In this document: piece by piece, positions 19,291 through 27,297 of the stretch | Layout of the letters: every line of letters starts with the position of its first letter | How positions within the stretch are numbered: position 1 is the stretch's first letter | Assembly: GCA_965200315.1 (NCBI GenBank) | Contig: OZ241362.1 | Coordinates: forward strand, 3,232,001 to 3,296,000 | Length of the DNA: 64,000 nucleotides | Reading direction: 5' to 3' | Source: Candidatus Latescibacterota bacterium | GTDB taxonomy: Bacteria; Latescibacterota; UBA2968; UBA8231 | Program-made: the position numbers and the translations under genes | The notes under the pieces: model-generated | Told to the model about the DNA's origin: nothing | Database searches by the model: none | Seen by the model: only the letters and a program-made list of their open reading frames with translations

Positions 19291-20559
19291 ATGACATCTA
19301 ATACCGCTACCGTCCATCGACCACGCGAACACGCACGCTACGGGGCCGCCTCCCAGCAGGAGTTCGACGGACCGCTGCCCCAGCCCTTTCCCCGCGAGAT
19401 CGGCCCGCGAGCCATGGAGTACCTAGCCGAGGTCGTCGATTCCGGCCTCACCTGCGACATGGTAGGCCGGTTCGAGCAAGCCTTCGCCGCAGCCCACGGC
19501 GTCGCGCACTGCATCGCCACGCCGGGATGCACGCCGGCCTTGGCCGTACTAGCCGCAGCCTTCGGCTTCGAGCCCGGCGACGAGATCGTAGTCAGCTCGG
19601 TCAGCGACTACGGCACCGTGCAGGGCCTGATTAGCGCTGGCTACATCCCGGTGTTCGCCGACGCCGCACCCGGCACGGTCAACGTCAATGCAGAGACCAT
19701 TGAGGCGTGCATTTCCGAGCGCACGCGAGCGATTCTCGTCGTGCATCTGACCGGCCTGATCTGCGACATGGACGCCATCAACGAGGTCGCCGCACGCCAC
19801 GGCCTAGCGGTCTATGAGGACGCCTGCCAAGCAGTCTTTGGCCGCTACAAGGGCCGCTACGCCGGCACCCTATCGACAGCGGGAGCCTTTTCCTTTGACG
19901 CGGAGAAAACCATGGGCTCCGACGTGGGCGGCTGCATCCTCACCAACGACGACGAGCTGGCCGAGCGGGTGCGCTTCGTCGGCCAGAGTCGCGGTGGAGA
20001 GATGGTCGAACACTTCGGGCGCGTACACACAGTCAACGGCTTCGCCCATCGCATGCCCCAGTCGACCGCGGCGATCTGCTTGGCTCAGCTAGAAATCATC
20101 CAGCCGCAGGTAGAGAAACGCGATCGCATGATCCGTCTGTTGAGCGCACTCCTCGATGAAATCCCGGGCGTCTCGGCATTGCCGATCCCACCGGAGACCG
20201 AGGTGTACTCCTGCTGGATGGCGGGGTTCACCATCGACCTCGAACAGTTCCGCTGCGACGCCGAGAAGTTCGGCGCACAGGTAGCAGCCGCTGGCATCCG
20301 AGGGGCAAGCCAAGCGCGCTACTATCTACTGCCAGCGGCCCTGCCCTACCTCACGGAAGCGGCCGAACGCCAGCGCTTCCCGTACTCGCAGCCGCCGGCG
20401 TCGCGCACCTACCGCTACGACGCAACGTGCTGTCCGAACGCTCACTCGCTGCTGGAGCGCTTCATCCGCTGGAGCACCTTCTGCGATAAGTACGATCCCC
20501 ACCACTGTGAACAGGCGGCCGCAATCGTGCGCCGCGTCGCCGACGAGTACCGGCAATGA
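19291..20559 (+). CDS. DegT/DnrJ/EryC1/StrS aminotransferase
   Basis: PGDEIVV, VHLTG, EDACQA, FSFDAEKT (PLP lysine). Confidence 0.9.
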   Translation: MTSNTATVHRPREHARYGAASQQEFDGPLPQPFPREIGPRAMEYLAEVVDSGLTCDMVGRFEQAFAAAHGVAHCIATPGCTPALAVLAAAFGFEPGDEIVVSSVSDYGTVQGLISAGYIPVFADAAPGTVNVNAETIEACISERTRAILVVHLTGLICDMDAINEVAARHGLAVYEDACQAVFGRYKGRYAGTLSTAGAFSFDAEKTMGSDVGGCILTNDDELAERVRFVGQSRGGEMVEHFGRVHTVNGFAHRMPQSTAAICLAQLEIIQPQVEKRDRMIRLLSALLDEIPGVSALPIPPETEVYSCWMAGFTIDLEQFRCDAEKFGAQVAAAGIRGASQARYYLLPAALPYLTEAAERQRFPYSQPPASRTYRYDATCCPNAHSLLERFIRWSTFCDKYDPHHCEQAAAIVRRVADEYRQ

Positions 20560-21332
20560 CAGAGAACGCGCTACAGCTCGCCGCCCGTTACTACCGGGCC
20601 CTGCCGATTGACCGCCCAGGATACGAACAGGTCACCCTGTCGCTACCCGTGGACAAGACAGCCCTAGTGGGCATGCACTGCTGGAACATCGGCTGCCCCG
20701 ATGGCCCGCCGGTGGACGTCAACTACTGCGTCGGCATGGGTTGGCCCCAGTCAACTCAGGAGGCCGGGCGCATCATGGCCGAGGTCATCCGCCCGGCCAT
20801 GGACGCGGCCCGCGCAATTGGGATGCCGGTCTGCCACGTCGAGACGGACTGGATGGACCACCAGTATCCCCACATCGAGTCGCGGCGCTCGGGAGAGTCC
20901 GGCTCCATACACCCACACCAACAGGAGATGCTCGAACGAGCCCACGGCGTCGGCTACATGGAGTGCTCACCGCTAGCGCAGATGCAACGCGCCGAAATCG
21001 CGTCCCCGGTTGGAGATGAGCCTCTCTTTTTCTACTCCGACGTGCTGGACGAATACCTGTGCAACCGCGATGTGGATACGCTCATCTACATGGGGTTCGC
21101 AGCCGATATGTGCCTACTCGGCGCCGAAGGGGGAGCGCGGCCCATGCTGGCCCGCGGTTATCGCTGCGTGGTGATGCGCGATGCGACCGTTGGGGTGGAG
21201 ACGCCAGCGTCGTTCCCGCAGCGGTTATCAACCAACTATGCCCTCCACATCTTCGAGTGGAGCCTCGGCTTCGGCTGCACCTTCGCGCAATTCCAACAGG
21301 CCATCGATCAGCTGAAAGGTGAGCAGCCATGA
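20556..21332 (+). CDS. Isochorismatase/cysteine hydrolase family protein
   Basis: LIYMGFAADMC, VMRDAT; ATGA overlap with upstream gene. Confidence 0.75.
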   Translation: MTENALQLAARYYRALPIDRPGYEQVTLSLPVDKTALVGMHCWNIGCPDGPPVDVNYCVGMGWPQSTQEAGRIMAEVIRPAMDAARAIGMPVCHVETDWMDHQYPHIESRRSGESGSIHPHQQEMLERAHGVGYMECSPLAQMQRAEIASPVGDEPLFFYSDVLDEYLCNRDVDTLIYMGFAADMCLLGAEGGARPMLARGYRCVVMRDATVGVETPASFPQRLSTNYALHIFEWSLGFGCTFAQFQQAIDQLKGEQP

Positions 21333-22333
21333 GCTTGAGCATCTGTCCGTGGAAGTACGGCAAGCGTTGGGTTTACTCCATCACCTACGACGAGGCCCTA
21401 TCCGACCTGCACCGCTTTGCTATCCCCATGCACGAGGAATACGGCATCCCCGGCCACGTGGAACTGCTCGTCGGCCAGATGGGCGAGCTCCGGCAGGCCG
21501 GCAACTCCAGCTACAACGGCTACCGCCACATGAACGCGGCCGAGTTGCGCGATCTGCTCGCTCGCGGCTGGGGCGTGGGCAACCACTCGTGGACTCACGA
21601 AATCATCACGCCGGAAATGGTGGACCAGGAAATCGGCCACGCCAAGCAAGTGCTGGAGGAAGCCCTCGGCGAGCCGATAATCCTCTACTGCTCGCCCGGC
21701 AACAACACAAACATGGCCGACCACGTGCTCGAAGCCTGTCGCCGCTACGGCTACCTAGGTGCCATGAGCCTGACGGACGCGCTCAACTTGCCCGAGGACG
21801 AGCTGTTCTGGATCAACCGCACAGCGCTGCACGACCATTACTACGAGCCGTTCTACAGCGCCTACGACCCGTACCGCAACATCCGCCAAGCCCAAGCCGT
21901 GCAAGGCTGGCTCATCGACTACTGCCACTGTCCGCTGGAGACGGCCGTCCATCCCAACAAGGACTGCTCTGAAGCTCAGCTACGGCAGCGCTTTGAGACG
22001 GTGCTGTCCGAGGGGGGCGATGCGGTCTGGTGTGCAGTGCCCGAGGAGGCACTCAGCTATCATCTGATGCGGCGTCACGCCCAGATCGAGACCATAGGCG
22101 ACGGGACCGAATCACAGCGCTTTCGCATCGGGCTTCCGGGGCTGCCCGGGCAGGTGCCGTATCGCAGTCTGACGCTAGAGGCCAGCGTGCCAGCGGCTTG
22201 GTGCCGCGACCCCCGAGTAGTCGTGGACGGACGAGAACTAGCGGCAGAGCTCGTGCGACCCGGCGTGCTGCGAGTGACGACACTGGTGAGCGACGGAACC
22301 GAGGCCGAGGTCCGGGCCACGCCGCGCCCTTGA
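21329..22333 (+). CDS. Polysaccharide deacetylase family protein
   Basis: ITYDE, GNHSWTH; ATGA overlap. Confidence 0.8.
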   Translation: MSLSICPWKYGKRWVYSITYDEALSDLHRFAIPMHEEYGIPGHVELLVGQMGELRQAGNSSYNGYRHMNAAELRDLLARGWGVGNHSWTHEIITPEMVDQEIGHAKQVLEEALGEPIILYCSPGNNTNMADHVLEACRRYGYLGAMSLTDALNLPEDELFWINRTALHDHYYEPFYSAYDPYRNIRQAQAVQGWLIDYCHCPLETAVHPNKDCSEAQLRQRFETVLSEGGDAVWCAVPEEALSYHLMRRHAQIETIGDGTESQRFRIGLPGLPGQVPYRSLTLEASVPAAWCRDPRVVVDGRELAAELVRPGVLRVTTLVSDGTEAEVRATPRP

Positions 22334-22629
22334 CCGATTTCTCTATTGCGGCTCTTGCCGCGTTGTGCTCTCACCGACTTGGCCCCGCCGGTGGCTGGTG
22401 GTCCGTACGTGCGTCCTTGGGAGGGCCGCCCGCGCACCGAGCCAGGTGCCGCATTTCACGAGTGATGTAGGATTGCTATATAAGAACCTGACCGCTCGTT
22501 GCGATTGCGACTATGCCACCAAGAAACGTACCTTCATTTCGTATAAATAACATCTAGTGGCCGCTATCCGAATTAATTATTCGGATATAAGCAGTTGACT
22601 GAAAGCAGCAAAAAAGAAAAGGACTCAGA

Positions 22630-23395
22630 ATGAGTTATCCCGCAATGGACCAACCGGCCCCCGCGATCGAGGTCAGTGAATGGATTAGCGGGAAGCCAGA
22701 AAAGGAAAATGGACTTTCTGGAAACAATGTGATCCTTGAGTTCTGGGGCACTCATTGTGGCCCGTGTATTGCCGCCATTCCCCATCTCAATGAACTTGTC
22801 GCCACGTATGGCAGTAAGGACACCCTTTTTGTCTCGTTGACCCGTGAAGAGCCCCACACCATAGAACGCTTCTTGAAAAAAAGGCCGATAAAGGGCGGAG
22901 TCGCCACAGATCGAGAAGGTACAACGTTCAATGCCTATGGGATACAAAGTATCCCTCATACCTTTCTCATAGACTCACAAGGGCTACTTCGTTGGCGCGG
23001 CCATCCACATTTTTTTACTGCGGAATTGTTAGAGGAGTTTCTCCAGACGGACAACGTGCCCAAAATAGACGAATCAACCACCTCTTCAGAAACCGTGCCG
23101 ACGGTCACTCCAGACACCCTGTTTTTTTTAAAAATTGATCGAAATGCGTCCGATCGCAGAGAGGCCAGTTTGATGGGCGACGAGCAATTCGAATCAGCTT
23201 ACCGATTACCTTGAGAGTTCGATGAAGTGCATATTCTTTAACGAAACACACTTGGCAGGGAAATATGACTTTATATTGCCGGTTGAAACCTTTGATCAGA
23301 CACGGCGAGCTTTAGAAGAAGAGTATGGTATCAAAGTCGAATCGGCGGTACGCGAAGTAGAAATAGTGATTCTGCGCATGACGGGTGCGCGGTGA
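22630..23395 (+). pseudogene. TlpA-like redoxin with C-terminal TIGR03435-like domain, broken by frameshift or internal deletion near 23190
   Basis: EFWGTHCGPC; another frame continues QLTDYLES...NETHLAGKYDFIL...LEEEYGIKVE...VEIVIL to TGA 23395. Confidence 0.65.
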
Positions 23396-23429
23396 CTCGC
23401 CGTGCCTTACTTCATAACCGTTAGAACTC

Positions 23430-24089
23430 ATGTCAATCGATTTTGATTTTGGCGGAGCCGTCCCCCCGTGGGGCCGTAGCGCAGCTGAATACGAGGCGTT
23501 CTTCGCGTTATCTGACGTCCCGCCATCTGCGCACATATTGGACTGCGGGGGTGGACCGTCATCATTCGCTGCGGAATGGAGTAGAAATGGACGATATGTC
23601 GTCGCCGCTGACCCCAGATATAGGTTTTCCGCCAAAAATTTTCTAGCCGACTTCGATCTCACAGCGGCACGGATGCTCGTGGGAATGCAGAAGGCGCAGG
23701 ACAGGTTCAAGTGGGATTATTACGGCAGCCCGGAAGATGTCGTCCAACGCCGGCGCGACGTCCTCACAGCCTTCACTTCCGATTTTCAGGCCGCGACTCG
23801 GAGTGGTCGCTACGTATCTGCCTGCCTACCGGAATTGCCTTTTCTATCGGAATCCTTCGATCTCGTACTTTGTTCTCATCTGCTATTTCTCTACTCTGCC
23901 GAATTCGACACAGAAACCCACCTCTCCTTCCTGCGAGAAATGCTTCGCGTAGGTCGAGAGGTTCGCGTATTTCCATTGCTCGACATGGATGGTAAACCTT
24001 CCGAACATCTGGAGGACACCCTTCAGACACTGCGAATGTCAACACACCTTGAGGCCCTCAACGGGGTAGTGACTCATTTTGAAATTTGA
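23430..24089 (+). CDS. SAM-dependent methyltransferase, C-terminally truncated and reading into the IS end
   Basis: ILDCGGGPSSF, FDLVLCSHLLFLYS, EVRVFPL; last residues are encoded by the TSD/IR. Confidence 0.75.
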   Translation: MSIDFDFGGAVPPWGRSAAEYEAFFALSDVPPSAHILDCGGGPSSFAAEWSRNGRYVVAADPRYRFSAKNFLADFDLTAARMLVGMQKAQDRFKWDYYGSPEDVVQRRRDVLTAFTSDFQAATRSGRYVSACLPELPFLSESFDLVLCSHLLFLYSAEFDTETHLSFLREMLRVGREVRVFPLLDMDGKPSEHLEDTLQTLRMSTHLEALNGVVTHFEI

Positions 24090-24871
24090 TGCTTCTTGTA
24101 CGTCTTGGGGCGGTTCGGCTTAGGTCGGGCCGCCTGGATCTGTTCGGCCAACCATTCCATATCATAGCCAGTGTCGGCCAATCCTGCCGCTTGTGCCGGC
24201 GTTTTGCCTATCGAAGAGTGAACCCGCACGAAGTTGTAGTAAACGAAGTAGAGCGAAAGCATGTTCAAGTGACGTTCTATCCGCTTGCTAAACCCGTTGG
24301 TGCGCCGAGTGAAGCGTCGCATTCCCATTCGCATCGTTAGATTTTGCCGCTCGACGTGAGAGGTGGTAGGTCCTCCTTCTTCCCCTTTCGTCATCAATGC
24401 GTGTTCCACATCCTCACCGAAGACCTGCTCTACTGCCGAGAGATAGACGTTGTAGCGATCCGTTGTTAGATGTACTGGATTGGCCAAGCGTTCTTGTAGA
24501 TTCTCCAAAAATTCAAGTCCGGTTTCCATAGAACGGTCCCCGACCTCGTAGGCCAAGATCAACTTGGTGTCTGAATCAATCGCTGTCCACGTCCATACAT
24601 CGCCTGCCCCGTCAGGAGCATCCGGTGCTTGGTTGACCGTCTTTTGCTTGGCATAGCAGAACGACCAAATTTCGTCGCATTGAACTCGACGGACTACGAC
24701 ATTACGTACGTATTGGTCATGGTACGTCGCACAGAACTGGCCCGCATCGACCAGCATCTTATAGACAGTGTTTAGGGATACAGGAATTATCCGGCTGATG
24801 GACCGCATAGACGATCCTTCAACCAGCATAGAAAGGATAAGGATTCGCTTATTTAGGGCTAATCTGTTCAC
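24074..24871 (-). CDS. IS1-family DDE transposase
   Basis: N-terminal HTH; QCDEIWSF, WTWTAID, TTD, HVERQNLTMRM..RRFTR...FSK; stop codon lies inside the IR. Confidence 0.92.
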   Translation of the reverse strand: MNRLALNKRILILSMLVEGSSMRSISRIIPVSLNTVYKMLVDAGQFCATYHDQYVRNVVVRRVQCDEIWSFCYAKQKTVNQAPDAPDGAGDVWTWTAIDSDTKLILAYEVGDRSMETGLEFLENLQERLANPVHLTTDRYNVYLSAVEQVFGEDVEHALMTKGEEGGPTTSHVERQNLTMRMGMRRFTRRTNGFSKRIERHLNMLSLYFVYYNFVRVHSSIGKTPAQAAGLADTGYDMEWLAEQIQAARPKPNRPKTYKKHQISK

Positions 24872-24935
24872 GCCCTAAATATAAGTAAAAACAGCTATTT
24901 ACTCAATAGCGTTTTGTTTTGTTCAGTTTGAAAAA

Positions 24936-24963
24936 ATGCCTCGACCATAAAAGGCCGAGGCAT
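24936..24963. terminator. Hairpin, likely terminator
   Basis: atgcctcg...cgaggcat stem next to an A/T run, downstream of the passenger genes. Confidence 0.5.
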
Positions 24964-24987
24964 GTGTTTGTTGCACTTCTTTTTTCG

Positions 24988-25134
24988 TTACGAAGTTTTT
25001 TCTTTAAGGAATCGTCGCAATTTATTGTCAGTTTCGTTGGAGATTTTTTTCTGAGAGTAGTTCGGTTTTGGGTATAAAATGTTTATACCCTTTTTCCGTA
25101 ACTTAGCTAAATCTATATCAGAATTCTTATTCAT
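24988..25134 (-). CDS. Small basic protein (48 aa) coupled to the protease gene
   Basis: ATG overlaps the protease stop (ATGAATAA); MNKNSDIDLAKLRKKG...KEKTS. Confidence 0.45.
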   Translation of the reverse strand: MNKNSDIDLAKLRKKGINILYPKPNYSQKKISNETDNKLRRFLKEKTS

Positions 25135-26122
25135 TTTTACGTTCTTCATGTTCAGGCTCCTTTTCAATGGGTTGTGTTTTTTCATTCTTGGGCTGAGTGT
25201 TTTCATTTTTGGGTTGCGTATCTTCTTCTTCGATTTCTGCGTCTTCTTCTTCGGGGAGAAGTGTTCCAATACACCGATAGTTTTCTGTTTGGGACAGTTG
25301 ATCGAAGAATTCGTCGAGTAAAACCTGGGTTTTTTCATTGGCTATTGATACGTTTAAGCCTATTTGGCGAGCTTCGACTGCATCTATGAAAAAACCGTGA
25401 TCGGGGTAGTCCCAAACGAGCTTTTGGGAGATCGAATCTTTATTGTCTTCATATGATGCGTTCAGGATTTTAGCACAGTATCGCTCCATTACCTCTAAGG
25501 CACGTCCGCTGTTGCCTAGCTCAAAGGGGCTAACATTCGAGTAAATACGACCAATGGTCGCCTCAACTAGTTCCTTAGCTTCCTGGACAGCATGTCTCGG
25601 TGAAATTCCTCTCTCCTTCAGAAAGTTGACGAATATGTCAAGGTATTCAGTAACTTCTTTCTGTGCGAACCGAAGAGCATGGAAGCTCTCCAGAGCGCTT
25701 TCGGGAGAACTGAAATAGTGTCGGTCTGAACTAGAGGTACTAGATGGGCTTGGTATCTGTGGATCAAGAGGACCTAATTCAGCCCATTGGCCCATTATTA
25801 TCTTTGACGCCCCTAAAGCGAAAAGAGTTGCTCCACTTTTAGCAAACTTTGGAACAATGGCTACATAGTCAGGACAGTATGTTTGAAAAATATAAGGGGT
25901 CCTAAAAGACGCTTCCAGATCGCCTCCAGGACTATGAATAATAACGTCAATTTTTCCTATGTTTGGTATCACCCTTTTGAAAAGCTCAACCATCTTGACG
26001 GTTCTGAATGTGATTTCACTGCACAGAAAGAAAGGATGTCGGTCTCGAAGGGCGATCCAATTGTGCGTCCATTCGTCAAGAGGTCCTGTCTCAGTAAAGA
26101 GCAACTCATCGCTATATTTCAT
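25127..26122 (-). CDS. SDH_sah / ClpP-fold serine protease with acidic repeat tail
   Basis: IIHSPGG, PKFAKSGATL, LGPLDPQ, YPDHG; tail has TQPKNE(N/K) repeats. Confidence 0.85.
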   Translation of the reverse strand: MKYSDELLFTETGPLDEWTHNWIALRDRHPFFLCSEITFRTVKMVELFKRVIPNIGKIDVIIHSPGGDLEASFRTPYIFQTYCPDYVAIVPKFAKSGATLFALGASKIIMGQWAELGPLDPQIPSPSSTSSSDRHYFSSPESALESFHALRFAQKEVTEYLDIFVNFLKERGISPRHAVQEAKELVEATIGRIYSNVSPFELGNSGRALEVMERYCAKILNASYEDNKDSISQKLVWDYPDHGFFIDAVEARQIGLNVSIANEKTQVLLDEFFDQLSQTENYRCIGTLLPEEEDAEIEEEDTQPKNENTQPKNEKTQPIEKEPEHEERKNE

Positions 26123-26176
26123 CAGATAGCCGTGTTTTATGTGTGAAATGTACAGTAATCTTCAAGAACTAGTTGG

Positions 26177-26356
26177 CTAGCTCTTGTCGGTCTTCTCCAG
26201 CTTGAAGTACGGGGCAGCCTTTTTGTAAAGACGTTTAAGCGTGGAGAGCGTTTTGGCTGGAGGATCTGTTTCCTCGCCAGTAGCGATTTTAGCCACTTGT
26301 ACCGCGCAGCCTACTGCGTCGGCGGGACGACGCTGGCCTTGGGGGCCTTTAGGCAT
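26177..26356 (-). CDS. Small protein of the MPKGPxGxxRPAD type
   Basis: MPKGPQGQRRPADAVGCAVQVAKIATGE; ATG 26356 after AGGA. Confidence 0.65.
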   Translation of the reverse strand: MPKGPQGQRRPADAVGCAVQVAKIATGEETDPPAKTLSTLKRLYKKAAPYFKLEKTDKS

Positions 26357-26762
26357 GAAGGTCCTACTTTTCGTTGTTTGTGTGTTGCCAACCACCCATA
26401 GCTGCTAATTTGTGCAGGTTCACGTAATTACTATAAATATAAGTATATAGTAGAAATACGCGAGTGCGCGCAAAAGCTGAACGGCAAAGGCGATATTGTC
26501 AAGGGCCTTTTTCCCAGAATCTTGTCTAAAGCGGCTATTTTTTCTTATTTTTCAGGCGATCCAACGTTTTTGCAGATCCCGCTTACCGGGTCATCTGCTG
26601 AATAGAATAGCCAGACCCGGCGAAGGGTAGCTCCCTTCTGCCTTGGCGAATAGGTAGAGCGTACGATGCAGATGGACACTCACTGCACCTACTGCAAAGA
26701 CGTTGGACGGGCCCGGCCCCTTCGGGGGCCTTTCCTGTCCCTCCCGTCCAAGGAGATACGTC

Positions 26763-27119
26763 ATGCCTCGTCTTGCAGTGCTTGCAGGAGGTCTGTTTTT
26801 TGTCCTCTCCTGTTCTCGTAGTCAAGCTCCACTAGCCCCCCAAGAAGTTTCGACTGATTCAGGACCAGCCATACGGTTGTCGTACGTGGCCAAGCCTATG
26901 ACCAACGGTACGCGCTGCATGTACGACCGCCCCGGACTGCTCTATTGGTCTTCTCAAGGACTGACAGCGACCGTGCTGTCAAAAGGGCAATGGGTGTACC
27001 ACACCTATACTTGGGATTACATCGGGATTGAGTCATCCGCAGGCGAAGTTCTCTACGGTATCAATAACGGTCGGCTGATTTTTCCTGGTGATCTCCGTGC
27101 CATTTGGACGCCTCAATAG
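26763..27119 (+). CDS. Putative lipoprotein, unknown function
   Basis: AAGGAG RBS at 26750; signal MPRLAVLAGGLFFVLSC with lipobox. Confidence 0.65.
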   Translation: MPRLAVLAGGLFFVLSCSRSQAPLAPQEVSTDSGPAIRLSYVAKPMTNGTRCMYDRPGLLYWSSQGLTATVLSKGQWVYHTYTWDYIGIESSAGEVLYGINNGRLIFPGDLRAIWTPQ

Positions 27120-27297
27120 GCAAGTGAAGGGTAGGTCGCCAGATGGAACGGACGTAGGTTGAAGGCGAGAGACGATAACCTGCGGCGCGACCTACCCTTC
27201 TAAAAGATTCCTTGCAAGCTCCGACTTAGTTAGGCTATTTATGCTTGGCTGAGTCGGAGCTTTTTGTTTTCCAAAATTTCAAAATGAGTCACTACCC

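Larger units (their letters stand above)
24065..27296 (-). mobile_element. IS1-family transposon with passenger genes (3232 bp)
   Basis: Perfect 23-bp IRs ggtagtgactcattttgaaattt 24065-24087 and aaatttcaaaatgagtcactacc 27274-27296; 8-bp TSD ctcaacgg at 24057-24064 and 27297-27304. Confidence 0.95.
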
